Notes: generated by a model from the sequence alone, not told the origin. 64,000 nt of DNA from Hydrolagus colliei (GCA_035084275.1 CM068770.1:1798001-1862000); one strand, 5' to 3'. Shown: positions 11,901 to 24,404, counted from the stretch's first letter. Made by a program: numbers and translations.

Positions 11901-12264
11901 TAAGAATAATGATATTCAAAGAGCTAAAGTAGTACAAGCCCTGTGTCTCAGACATTGGGAATACAACGGACGTTGAAAATTGCCTTTTCACATCGGGAGG
12001 ATGTCTCAAAGTACTTCACAGCGCTACATGGCCCCTCTCTCTCTCTCTCTCTCTCCCTCACCTTCAAAGCTCTTGCCTCAAGATTTACCTCTTTGACCCC
12101 ACCCAGCTCAGATGCTCATGTTTCATGTGTCTTTGAGGGGCTTTTGAAACTCCTTCCAGTTGTGAGAGCCGCTGCTAAAGCGCGCAAAGTGTGTGTGGTT
12201 TGGTTGAGGAAGCATCCTGCGCTCAAATGAGAGGCTCAAAGTTATAATAACATTATATAATAAT

Positions 12265-12560
12265 CATTTTATTTTATTTTGCACTTTTCACGTCTTCTAG
12301 ACATCTCATAGCACTTCACAAAATATACTGTAAAGTGAATTGACTGTATATTTGTAGGCGAAATGCGGAAGCCAATTGCGCACAGCAGTATCCCACGGAC
12401 AATCGTGGAACAAAGTGACCAATATATTATCAATTGGTTTTCCTTGAGGGATTATTATCAGGCATGTGGAGCGAGGAAGCTTGCCCGAGGCTTGGCCCTG
12501 CCGGGAAGTGAACCCAGGTCTCTCGCTTGCGAGGCAAGAGCTCCAACCACTGAGTTATGT
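12265..12560 (-). mobile_element. tRNA-derived SINE
   Basis: Continuous homology from tail to head with the other copies. Confidence 0.85.
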
Positions 12561-12805
12561 CAGCTTCTGGCACCACGCAGCGATCAAAGCAATATCAATC
12601 ACTTTGCTGCTTCCACGCTACAGCAGTGGAGAGCACTGTCAGAGGAAGGGCGAGGGAGGTGTTGCCTTTAAGTGAGCAACTGTGAAAATGTACCACGCAA
12701 ATAAAAGGCCGCGTTAAATGGATTAAAGCAAACACATGTCTGAGTTTCTAATGACTTTCAATTAAATTGAAGACATTATTCAAGGTCAATCTCATCTTGA
12801 CTCAC

Positions 12806-12857
12806 CTGCTTTTCATTTATGATGCAGTAATTCCACTAATTGGAGTCAGAGTCTGGT
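12806..12857 (-). other. Candidate 52-nt spliced exon (non-coding, or ending in ATG AAA AGC AG)
   Basis: Acceptor GATTTTTGTATCTCAG| and consensus donor CAG|GTGAGT in unique sequence; stops in all three frames. Confidence 0.4.
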
Positions 12858-13044
12858 CTGAGATACAAAAATCAACCAACTTTTTTTTACAACCAGTGGG
12901 GTCCTGTAGCTCGGCAGTTTCGAAGCGTGTTGTCTAGTCTTGTCGAAAAACACTGCATCAACTTTTGGAGCTATTTACTAAGTGTAGTAACTGCGCATCT
13001 CTGGCCCAACACGTGGAGTCTCTTGAAATAATTATTTTAGAATA

Positions 13045-13370
13045 AGAAATAATAATCCTCGCATTTGATATAGAGCTTTTTCACATCTTATCGACGTCTC
13101 AAAGCGCTTTACAGAATACACTGCAAAGTGAATTGACTGAATATTTGTGGGCGAAACGCGGCAGCGTCCCCCCCCACAAACAGTCGTGGGTTGAAACAAC
13201 CAATTTTTGTTATTGTATTTTTGGGGGGAGAGATTATTATCAGGGGTGTGTGTGTGTGCGTGCGTGAGAGTAAGGAAACGTGCCCAAGGTTTCGCCCTGA
13301 CCTGCCTGGATTCGAACACAGGTCTCACGCTTGTAAGGCGAGCGCTCTGACCACTGAGCCTCACAGGAGA
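13045..13370 (-). mobile_element. tRNA-derived SINE, short variant, full length
   Basis: Head-to-tail match with an internal (TG)n run. Confidence 0.92.
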
Positions 13371-13589
13371 GCTGCGCAGGGGAGAGGAAGGGTGGTGGTG
13401 AGGTGGGGGGAGAGCGAGGGGGAGAAATATTGGTGAGGACACTTGTAGAAAACTCCCTCTTCTCTTAAAACTGTGGTTAAAAGCCTCGTCCTCCACCTGC
13501 ACAGGCGGACAGGTCTTTTGGTTTCATCTTTTATCTGAACAATGGCACCTCGGACATTGCAGTGCGACGACAACAACGACAACAATATC

Positions 13590-13780
13590 ACATTTGTACG
13601 GTGGCCTTCCCATCGGCAGGACGGCCCAAGGCGCTCGACAGTGAATATTTCAGACCTGAGCTGGAATTTGTCTGTCAGCCTACAGCTTGTAAGCTCAGAA
13701 TTAACATCGCGCAGCTTGAAGCTGCGAGCTCCTGACTCAGGGGAGAGAGTCCTACCTACTGACTGAGTCAGGCTAACACC
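13590..13780 (-). mobile_element. SacSINE1-like fragment preceded by an L2-type tail
   Basis: CTCCTGACTCAGGGGAGAGAGTCCTACCTACTGACTGAGTCAGGCT is the reverse complement of the head. Confidence 0.55.
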
Positions 13781-13994
13781 TGAACAAACTCTTGATTCCC
13801 GTGATGAACCTTGCTCTTTGAGCGGTGTGTGTGTCCCTCTAAGCAGAGACCTTCGACGCTTGTACTTTTCTTTTGGCCAGCCGCGAGTCTGACCCACGCG
13901 GAAACCCATCGCCTGATGCTTAAGTATCTCCAAACCAAACAATTCCATGCACCCCACCTGCACAAGAAAATCCCAGGAATAGATAGAATAGAAT

Positions 13995-14170
13995 AGAATC
14001 CACGACTGTTTGTGGGAGGACACTGCTGTGCGCAATTGGCTGCCGCGTTTTTGCTCTCTCACAAATATACAGTCAATTCACTTTACAGTACATTCTGTGA
14101 AGCGCTTTGAGACGTCGACAAGATGTGAAAAGCGCTAGATCAAATGCGAGGATGATCATTATTATTATTA
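13995..14170 (+). mobile_element. SINE 3' half
   Basis: AATCCACGACTGTTTGTGGG...GCGCTTTGAGACGTCGACAAGATGTGAAAAGCGC; preceded by (ATAGA)n. Confidence 0.9.
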
Positions 14171-15975
14171 TCTCCTAATTTAAGTTTGTCCCTTCCTTCG
14201 ACTGTTTCCACTGTTTCCTACGTGTTTGAAGCAGCCAGTTAGCACCACAATATCACCATCTGGTGACTAAAGGCTGTTAATGATCCTCCAAAGTGGGTAA
14301 TGGATGTTGCATTGGCAATCAGTAAATACACACGCATCATCCGAGTTGAAGAGAGAAAGAGAAAGAGAGAGAGAGAGAGGAAATGATACCATATACCTCG
14401 CTGGTAAATCTGAGCAAGAATGGATTCAAATCCCTTTGTTACACTGTGACCCTTGCTGCCAAACAGATACCTAACACACACAAGGAGACAGAATTGCTTT
14501 AAGTAGTTTAATAACACGGGGGGTGAAATGCCAGTGTCTCCAGAACAAATTCTAACGGGGAGAGGGGCAGATATCAGGCCCAGACCTTGATGCCCGACAA
14601 GCAAACTGATAGAACATCAAAGGATTTGCAGTTGTAACTGGAGGAGGAGAAGTAGCTTGGGGTGTCAAACGCAAGGGATTCTTGATAAGAATAAGACGAA
14701 TCCTTGCATTTTGATGCAGCGCCTTTTCACATCTTATCGGACGTCTCAAAGAGCTTCACAGAAGATACCGTGAAGTGAACAGACTGCGAAACGCAGCAGC
14801 CAATCTTCCCGAGTGCCGTCGGCAATCCCCCGCATATGGAGGCCTGGAGCTCAGTCGATTCACTTTTGCAGTTTTACTGGAAGTCGAGTTGGCCTACAAA
14901 AACGCACGGTCACTCCACTCTTACAGTGGTGTTGTGAAGCATTTCAAGACAGCGTCCTGACACGAAACGCACTGTGACACAATGCAAGGATTATTAATTA
15001 TTAGTTCTGTATTATTATTACAAGGCCGTTTTAATTTTGCCTGGAGATTAAATTGCACTTCAACAACAAAGCAGCCAATAGGGAACCCAGGACTTGCTCA
15101 CACTTTGTCTAATTTGGAAGAAAGGCCAAAGGAACAAATGCAATTTAACACTAAAGTGTAAAGTAATTATGTCAATAATGGATGATTAGTATCTGCTTGT
15201 ATGTTCCTACAACTCATTAAGCTCTCTGCACTTTTGGGAAATGAGTGGTCGGGAATTGGCTCCATCTGAAGCTGTAAACAGTGGGACTCGGAATCTTCCT
15301 ACAGCGCGAGGTGACTGCGGTGAAGGAGTTGGAAGGAAAGGAGCGTTATCAGTTGAAGAGCCAAAGTGAGGCAGGCGACCTTAAAGGGGAGTGAAGCAAA
15401 GAAGATCGCAACACCGTTAAACCGAGCTCTCCGTTTGCCAGTCCAGGTGGATGTTAACGAATCCCCCCAGATCTCTCTTCTGTGGTTCCCACCTGTCCGT
15501 GGGACACGTCGGCATGTATTTTGCCGCATTTCGGCCACAAAACGCACAGTCACCACACTTTACAGCGTTTCCCGTGAAGCCGTTCGAGACGTCTCGGCCA
15601 GGCGATGAAGCCTCTGTAATCGAACGCAAGAGTGAATCGTAAATATTATCATTACTTTTGGAATGATTAATCCAAACGAAATGCAAACCGGGGAGAGGAG
15701 GGAGACGGGGGAACGGTCGTCCGAACCAGAACCGCGAGTCTCTCCCCACCGCTCTCCGAGTTGCCGTTGCCTCTCACGCTGAGGCTGCCGTTGCTCTGCG
15801 TCAAGCTCGATTCCAAACAGGCTGGAGTTCGGGCGGTCTGTGAAGGCTGAGGCAGAGCGACGGAGAGAAACAAACCAATTCCATTCGAATGTAAAACAGG
15901 GCAGACAGGAAGATCGTTGGGCTTTGTCAGACGCACTACATTCGGTTGCATTACAGCAACCGAGAGGCGCATAGT

Positions 15976-16012
<37 letters not shown>

Positions 16013-16271
16013 GTATATCTCAGGCTCTATTAATGATGCATTTGCCTTGATCTGTCAGGTAATTCTCTTGACCTGCCTCGCAGAGTATATGCACTGTAAA
16101 CTCACAAGTGAGTCCTTCTGGATTAGTTACAGTTGGATGAGACACACACGGCAGTGACGGTTTGTATAAACGTACAGCACCGTTTTCCTTGGGCAAGTCA
16201 TCAGTATTTTCACAGGCCCAGATTATACTTGGCTGCCATTTACTATCAGTGCGCAAGTCGCACTGACGTGG

Positions 16272-16560
16272 AGGAGTCCTGGTAGCTCGGTGGTTAGAGA
16301 ACTCGCCTCGCAAGGCGAGAGACCTGGGTTCAATTCCCCTTGGGCTTCAAGTTTCCTTACTCCATCATGGCTGATAATATAATCCCTCGAAAAACGATAA
16401 TCAATTGGTCACTTCAACCCACGGCTGTTTGCGGGACACCGCTGTCCGCGTTTCGCCCACATATACACAGTCAATTCACTTCAGAGCATGTTAAGTGAGG
16501 CGCTTTGAGACGGCCAGAAGACGTGAAAAGCGCGATATCAAACGCAAGGATAATTGTTAT
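16272..16560 (+). mobile_element. tRNA-derived SINE, short variant
   Basis: Head, body and tail all present. Confidence 0.88.
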
Positions 16561-16604
16561 GTGACTTTAACCTTCTGTGCTACGATTTACCCCACGAATG
16601 GGGG

Positions 16605-16780
16605 TGGACCGGTTAGAGCGTCCGCCTCGCTCGCGAATCGAACCCGGGTTTGATTCCCGGGCCAGGGGGAAACCTTAGGCACGTTGCCCTATTCCGCGCG
16701 CCTTTGTTCACCTCGCGTTAAGTGGGAACCCGGTTGCGTGGTCGGTTGGCGGATCGCTTTCCCGGGAGCTATTGCTAAAC
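16605..16780 (+). mobile_element. SINE long variant, 5' half
   Basis: GGTTAGAGCG...CCGGGTTTGATTCCCGG...GCCTTTGTTCACCTCGCGTTAAGTGGGAACCCGG. Confidence 0.75.
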
Positions 16781-17199
16781 GTCTGGAGGGCGTTCCCACC
16801 GCGCTGACCTCGCAGCAGAGCGGGCAGATTGGAAATCCGCTAATCTTAAAGAGCGGAGTTAGTGAAGTGTAATCACTCCGTTCGGGTGACAAGACAGCAG
16901 CGTAAATAACAAGTAAGAACAAGGGTAATACCTTAATCCCATTTTTGAAATCAATACCGTATTGATTCGCTAATTGTGGCAGCGTCGATCGCGGGGCATT
17001 GTCGACGGCGGAATTCGCCGACGTTTTCAGCAACGACAGGGGGGCGTTTAAGTTGCTTTCGGAAAAAAAAACCACACAGTTTGCAACGAAAATTAGGCAC
17101 TTTCCGATCGCCTTTCTGGCCGTTTATGGGATTGTGAGCAGCCTCACGATTAGAAATTGGGCAGTGTGGTCTCGTCACTGATGGAGTGACCTCCACACC

Positions 17200-17425
17200 G
17201 ACAACGACAACAATAACAGCAGCAACAACTTTGCAGTTATATAACCACACCAACTAAAGTGACGTCCCAAAGAGCTGAACGGTCAGGTCGGGACCCGAGC
17301 AGGGTTGTGGGAAGGGTTGGGGGAAGGGGAAAAGGGAAGGAGAGTAGGAGAGGTGGAAGGGTTAGGAGGGGAGCAGGAGGTACGGTCGAAGAGGAAGGTC
17401 TTGAGACCGGCCTTGAAGGAGGAAA
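17200..17425 (-). mobile_element. L2 LINE 3' end
   Basis: (AAC)n tail, GACGTCCCAAAGAGCTG, and CGAAGAGGAAGGTCTTGAG (LKTFLFD on the minus strand). Confidence 0.85.
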
Positions 17426-18047
17426 AATAGGACCCTCCACATGGGGTAGCGTCTAAGAGCGCTTAATTACACACAAATCTTCCTGCTCTTCAACGCAAAA
17501 TGGCAAGTCCCTCTCTGCCCACTCAGACACACTTAAACACAATCATTTTCAGATTGCCTGGCAGTGGGGAACTGATGCCAGATCACGAGCTGCACGTATG
17601 TTGTCGTCGGAGTTGCCGAAACTGCGACGAGGAAAGTGTGCGTGGGTCTCGTTTTTTTTCTACTTCTTCCCAAAGTTACAAGAGCCGGCTTTGTCAGTCA
17701 TCAAACGCGTTGCCTCTCACCCCTTTCATGTCCTCGTATTTGCATGCTCTGCTGGCTGCGAAATCCTGAGCGAATGTGCTTGTAAACACACACGCACTTA
17801 ATCACAGCCACACAAATTAACCGGCCCACCTCCGCTACCCTGTGTGTTCTGCCGTAGTTACTGTTTATTAGTCAGAGTTACACAGCGTCACAATCAAACA
17901 TATCTCTTTCGTTAGCCAATTTTGCCGACTGGAAAAAATATCGAGTTGCAGTCATAACATTGGGGAGATGTACGACTTAGGCGATTATACGATTTATACC
18001 TTGACCCTTTGCCAATGGACAATGCACAGGGAAAGGGAAGGCCTGTG

Positions 18048-18350
18048 AGATCCTGTAGCTCAGCGGGTTAGAGCACTCACCTCGCAAGCGAGAGACCCGG
18101 GTTCGATTCCCGGCCAGGGCGAATAAACCTTACTTCCACACGCCGAATAACGATCCCTCGGAAAAAAACCTCGAAGAAAAGAATCAATCGGTCATTTCAA
18201 TCCACGATTGTGGGACGCTGCTGTGTGCAATTGGCTGCCGCTTTTCACGCACGAAAGATACAGTCAATCCACTTCGACCGTTTATCGTGCGAATGGCTTT
18301 AGACGTCTCGAAGAACTGCCCGGGTGCTATATAAAATGCAAGGATAATTG
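18048..18350 (+). mobile_element. tRNA-derived SINE
   Basis: Well-preserved head (CCGGGTTCGATTCCCGG), body and tail. Confidence 0.88.
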
Positions 18351-19289
18351 TTTGAACAATCGGGAAAATGGAGATGTAATAACACAGACACTCGGTTGAA
18401 CAGCCCTGCAGAATGTATAAATTGCCTCCTGCTTCAAAGTGCTGTAAAAGCCTGCGCAGCACCCAGTAAGAAAACACACCCGCGGTTAATATCGACAGAG
18501 CAAATACAACAGATATTGGCAGCTTCCTTAGTTTGCACTGAACACAGGCACGCCGAGGCAGTGAGGCATTGTGTGCATGCGTACGGCCATAAAGCGAGTC
18601 CGATCATGTTATGATCCTAATTCCTAGATGTCTGTCAACACAGGAGCTAATTCCTGATTCGAAGCCCGGCGTGTGTTTACAGGCGATAGGGGCTCAGCTG
18701 TGCTTCATCCAGGAATCAACAGACGAGACAAAGATTCTCCTATCGATCCGAGATGCACGTCCTATTCTACTCTGATCTCCCGAGTTCTGGCCTAATTCAA
18801 TAGCTCTTACAACTGATTAGGTGAACACCAGTTGCATCAGAAATGTAATTCTTGGTGCTTGCCGAGTACTTCCAAGCTTGAATATGCTTTGAGAGCTCGG
18901 CAACTTTAGATCTAAGGGTCCCAAAAAAAGCCTCTCTGTTGCAGACTGAGCCACACAGAATTAATTGCTATCAACATCTCCGTTGCTGTAGCATGGGTGG
19001 TAGCAGGCGGACGAGATGGATCTTTATTCATCTCGCAATTCCTGTGTCCCTTTGTTGAACACAGAATTGTACATTTTGTAAGTGGGCGCGGCAGTCAATT
19101 TGTACATAGCAAGGTCCCCTTGGATCTGCCCCACCACCCTGCACACACACACACAGAGAGACACACACACACAACAAGAAAGAGAGCAGCAGCCAAGACT
19201 ATAAGGTTGTGAATTTACCAGCAAACACGAACACACATACTCACACACACTTTCAAAGACTGTCAAGTCCAAATATTGATACTACTAAT

Positions 19290-19600
19290 AATACTGCTTG
19301 AATTTGATCCAGTGCTTTTCACGCCTTATCGACATCTCAAAGCGCTTCACCGAATGTACTGTAAAGTGAATTGACTGTATAATTGCGGGCGAAATGTGGC
19401 AGCCAATTGCGCACAGCAGCGTCCCCCACAAACAGCCGTGGATTGAAATGACCAATTTTATTTATATTTTATTATTGTGGTTTTTTTTGGACGGATTATT
19501 ATGAGGCGTGTGGAGTAAGGAAACTCGCCCAAGGTTTTCGTCCTGATCTGATCTGCCTTGGATTCGAACACGGTGATCTAACCACTGGGCTACAGGAGCT
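19290..19600 (-). mobile_element. tRNA-derived SINE, short variant
   Basis: Tail-to-head homology with a small deletion in the head. Confidence 0.9.
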
Positions 19601-19784
19601 AATCCTTCAGCCCATCACCATCAACATCTTGCCCACCCCATTCGAAAGAAATTACTGGAACGCGATTCGATCAAGTTTGCTGTCCTGCGCTCGGATACAC
19701 CGTGAATTGATTAGGACGCCTCGAACCCTTCCGAATATCGGTTGCCGAGGTTATTAACGTGTAGCTAAGTCCTACTGAATAATC

Positions 19785-20080
19785 AGTAGTCGGTGGCCAG
19801 CCTTTCAGCCTCTCCGCTCCCACACTGCGGAACTCCATCCCGCAATCCCTTCGCCTGAATTCCTCTCTTTCCTCCTTCAAGGCCAATCTCAAGACCTTCC
19901 TCTTTCACCGTGCCTTCTGCTCCCCTCCTAACTCTCCCCTCTCTCCTACTCTTCTTCCCCTTACCTCGACCCTTTCCCCCACCGCCCACTCGAGTCTCGA
20001 CTGATTGTTCAGCTCTTTGGGACGTCCCCCTGACGTGAAAGGCGCTCCATAAATGTAACGTTGTTGTTTTTGTTGTTTTA
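19785..20080 (+). mobile_element. L2 LINE 3' end
   Basis: Encodes GGQPFSLSAPTLRNSIPQSLRLNSSLSSFKANLKTFLF, followed by GGGACGTC...GACGTGAAAGGCGC and (TTG)n. Confidence 0.92.
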
Positions 20081-21134
20081 ATCGCCACCCAAAATCATGA
20101 CTGGTACTAATTTCTTAGCCCAATTTCTGCAAAGTACAGCATATCTTTAATAGATGGTCTGAGTTCCTCCCTCACCAAAAAAAATGATCTATTTCTTAAT
20201 GTCTGTACAATTTAAGCAGCTCAAGTTTATTTTCTCGCCCAACACATCTTGATGCCAAGGTTGACCTAAACCTATTGTACAGTGTTTGCTCATTAAAATA
20301 CGAGCCTCAGAATCCTAATTTAATCCTAAAGAGAAAGGAATCGTAATTTGCATTGCAATTTCCATTGTGTGCCCTTTCCTTAACCTCAGAGAGCTCGGAT
20401 AATTAGCAAACCGGAGCCCATCAGCTGTTTGCTAAACACTTGCACTCAAAGGCATCTGTGCAGTTTAGTCGGCCTCGAATTATCGTGGATCCGGGGTAAA
20501 GCTCTTAATATAAGTGCCACGAGGAAACGTCCGCTTTGTGCCACACGCTTGCTTTGGAAGTAAAATTTGGATTAGGGTTAAGGTTAGGGTTGGGATTAGG
20601 GTACACCTCTCCGAGACGTGATCAGGCGCTGTGTCCGAATGCCAAGGTTTATCACGACGTTTCGGATGTAACACGAGGAAGGTCCAAAAAAGTGAAGCCG
20701 AGAGCCTGTCAGTTTATGCAGAGTGACGTTGATGATGATAAGAATCAACATTTGATATGGCGCCTGGTTACGTCTTCGAGATGCCTCAAAGCGCTTCTCA
20801 CAGAACACACTGCAAATTGAATTGATTGTACATTTCGTGGGCGAAGCGATGCGCTCGATCGCGCACAGCAGGATGTTCCAGCCACAGCTTAATGTTCCAG
20901 CACGTTTGATCATAAAAAAAAGGGCTTTTTAGGAAAAAAAAATTATGCTCAGGAAAATTTCACCCCTTCTATCGAAAACATTTCACTCATGACTCTTCCG
21001 AGAGGAGAGAGCAGCTTGTGTCCGTTTCTCTCCGCTGTCTCAATGGCAAGGAGTCTTAACATCTCATCCAAACACCATCCTCTCAAATGCTTCACTCCAG
21101 CATCAGGACCTGATGTGAAAGTATTACCGGCCTG

Positions 21135-21335
21135 TCCGCCCCCTCCTGTTCTGCAGGCTGTGGCCACACCTCCTACCTTGCCTGCTTCACTATCGGTGGC
21201 CGGTCCTTCAGCCCCTCTGCCCCCACTCCCACCACCCTCTAGAGCCCCTCCAACTCGACCCCTCCCTCACTCCTATAAGGCCTTCCTTTTTGACTGTGCC
21301 TTCGGTCACCGTCTCCCGCGCCTTTCTTTCCATAC
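21135..21335 (+). mobile_element. L2 LINE 3' fragment
   Basis: ATCGGTGGCCGGTCCTTCAGCCCC...AAGGCCTTCCTTTTTGACTGTGCC. Confidence 0.7.
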
Positions 21336-21357
21336 TAATTGTTAATACAGTACTACC

Positions 21358-21570
21358 AATAATAATAATCGCCCTCGCATTTGATATTGCGCTTTTCATG
21401 TCGTCTAGATGTCTCAAAGCGCTTCACGGAATATACCGAAAAGCGTATAGCTGTGGGTGAAATTCTGCAGCCAATTGCGCACGGCAGTGTCCCCACAAAC
21501 AGTCGTGGTTTGAAAACGACTAATTTCTTATAGGTTTTTTTGGGAGGGATTATTATCAGGTGTGTGGAGG
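21358..21570 (-). mobile_element. SINE lacking its head
   Basis: Tail and body match the other copies. Confidence 0.85.
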
Positions 21571-22724
21571 AAGAAAGTCCAGCTCCTTGGGACGTCCTCT
21601 CGAGGTGGAAGGGCGCTGTGTAAATGCAATTTGTTGTTGTTGTTGTTGTTTTTGCTGAATCCAAAAATCCTTCTGCCGTGAAGCCGTGCCGGTTGAGCCT
21701 GGCCTTCTCAACCAGTTGATAGGCAGAGAGCGCGTGCACGAGAGAGAGAGAGAGAGAGAGATTATTCCCAACCTGTGGACATAATCTTAAATCAGGCAGA
21801 TGAGACAGGAAGAACTTGATATGGGAAGCCAAACAGCTCCCATGGGCAAAATATCAGAAACCATCAGTGATTCTTGCTCAAGAGTAGTTGATGGGATTTG
21901 GTATCTATAAGAGTCTAAAGGAAACTCAGCCACTATATAATTTGAAATTCATTGTAAGTCTCGACCACAATTACGTTTCGTGCGTCTGAATATGAACCAT
22001 GGTATTCTACTGGATTTCTGCCCTGCAGTTTCTAATATCCCACCTGACCTTGATATAACTATCTTTTCATAGCAAAATAGATACGTTTTGCCGTGTCGCC
22101 GTTCAAGAGGGATCTTTCTTTGCCGCAGAACACATGCATTAGGTACTAATGTGGGAGGCTGTGAAAGGATCACGCTTTCCCTCGATGGCATTCGCCCGCC
22201 CGTCCGGCCAGAATTTGTTTTTAAATCGCAGTCCAGGATAGAATTAGAATAAAAGTGGATCGCCGGCGGCCACTCCGAGTCGTGGTGGACACAGGAGGAA
22301 AAGGAAGAAGAAAATAACATGACTGTGGGGTTAGCGAGTCAATTGAATTTTCATTGTTGAAATCAATACAAGCTGCGTATTGTCCTCCCGACATTGGTTG
22401 AACCCACGACCTTCTCTGCATTGTGCTCACTGCCGTCTTCGGAAGGACAAAAAGTATATACGACAGTATTTATACTTTTTATAGTGATACTATAGTCATT
22501 TGGCCACTCACCCCCAAACGACTGACGTGAAAGGCGCTTTACACGTGCAATTTTGTTGTTGCTGCCCACAAAATGCGCAGACACTACAGTGAACGGTACA
22601 TTCCGTGAAGCGCTTTGAGACGTGATAACAACAACAACAACAACAACAACAATAACAGAATCACATTGATAGAGCACCTTTCACGTCGGGAGGACATCCC
22701 GAGTAGATAAGATCCTACATCAAA

Positions 22725-23069
22725 NNNNNNNNNNNNNNNNNNNNNNNNNNNNNNNNNNNNNNNNNNNNNNNNNNNNNNNNNNNNNNNNNNNNNNNNNNNN
22801 NNNNNNNNNNNNNNNNNNNNNNNNNNNNNNNNNNNNNNNNNNNNNNNNNNNNNNNNNNNNNNNNNNNNNNNNNNNNNNNNNNNNNNNNNNNNNNNNNNNN
22901 NNNNNNNNNNNNNNNNNNNNNNNNNNNNNNNNNNNNNNNNNNNNNNNNNNNNNNNNNNNNNNNNNNNNNNNNNNNNNNNNNNNNNNNNNNNNNNNNNNNN
23001 NNNNNNNNNNNNNNNNNNNNNNNNNNNNNNNNNNNNNNNNNNNNNNNNNNNNNNNNNNNNNNNNNNNNN
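22725..23069. other. Assembly gap (N run)
   Basis: Run of N. Confidence 1.
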
Positions 23070-23235
23070 CTATTTACGCAGAGTTGGTGCTCAGACTGGT
23101 CCTTGGTCTTCCCTCACAAAATACTACAGTTACTAACCTCCTAGACTCCTTAGCTCAGGTTCCTTAGCTCAGCAAACACCGGCCTACTTCACATCGCCCG
23201 CCCAAACCCGCCATCGGTGCATTCAGCCATTCGGT

Positions 23236-23402
23236 NNNNNNNNNNNNNNNNNNNNNNNNNNNNNNNNNNNNNNNNNNNNNNNNNNNNNNNNNNNNNNNNN
23301 NNNNNNNNNNNNNNNNNNNNNNNNNNNNNNNNNNNNNNNNNNNNNNNNNNNNNNNNNNNNNNNNNNNNNNNNNNNNNNNNNNNNNNNNNNNNNNNNNNNN
23401 NN
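23236..23402. other. Assembly gap (N run)
   Basis: Run of N. Confidence 1.
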
Positions 23403-24130
23403 TCACTCAGTCTCTCGCTGCCGGCCTGGCTCACTCACGGGTCTTAGACCCCCGTGGCGCCCCCCCCCCCCCTTTCCACCCGCTGGCGAACGACGTATCA
23501 GCGAACAGCGCAGCGTTAAGCGCGGCGGGGGGGGGGGGTGGGGGGGTGTAACCTGTACACTGGTGTGGTGGGTCAGAGGGGACGTGTTAGCTCGCGCCGG
23601 CTGTCGTCGAGCGAAGCTGCGAAAGCTGACAATGCCGTGGACAACATTGTCCACCTCCTACCTTGAGAACAACCCCACGCAGCCCTCGACTGCGCACAAC
23701 ACGCAAAGTCAAGTGGCCTTTTGTCGGGAGGAGGTGACTTTCCCGGGTACGTTGCTGTCAGGGAACGACTTCTTCACCGCGGGGAAGCCCGACAGCCAGA
23801 GACAGCCCATCTCCTGACAGACCATCCGCACCACCAACACCATGCAGCTTCTGTGTGTGTGCGTGTGTGTGTGTGTCTCTCTCTCTTTCTCTTTCGCTCT
23901 TTGTCTGTTCAGGGACGTTGAGAGGGCGAGGGTTGGTGGGTGGCGGGATAGGGGGGCTGGGGGAGATGGGGAAGGTGGGGCGCGGGGGGGGGGGGGGGGG
24001 GGGTTTGAGGTTGAGGGAGCCATTTTACAAGAGGAGAGATTGTCCGCCTCGGCAAAAGGAAGAAAGAAATGAAAGCAAACAGCGAAAAATAAGTCCACAG
24101 TAACAGAACAAGCTGTGAAATCAAGTTGAG
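23403..24130 (-). promoter_or_regulatory. CpG/G-rich island; candidate promoter and first exon ending at a donor at 23662
   Basis: Interspersed-repeat-free and CpG-rich, poly-G tracts, YY1-like GCCATTTT at 24019-24026, minus-strand donor AAG|GTAGGA. Confidence 0.35.
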
Positions 24131-24404
24131 CAAAGGCTTTTCCGAGTCACTATTGATTCCTGAACCCACGACTCTGTCTGGGTGACGCGGCCGTGCGCAA
24201 TTGGCTGCCGCGTTTCGTCTGACATATGGTCAATTCACGTCCCAGTATATTCTGTGCTTCAGAGGTCTCGAAGACATGATAAGGCGCACTAATCGAGTGC
24301 AAGGATTATTATTGTACAGTTCCAACTCCCTTCTGAAAGTTCTTATCGAATCTACGTCTTACCACCCTCTTGACTTTTGCAGGAACATCCATTAATGACC
24401 ACTC

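Noticed and set aside
13361-14062. Longest ORF (233 aa, minus strand)
   Set aside because: Runs through SINE and SacSINE-like fragments; no recognisable domain
23563-23817. Plus-strand 84-aa ORF in the CpG island
   Set aside because: No recognisable homology and no convincing splice acceptor; open frames are expected at this GC content
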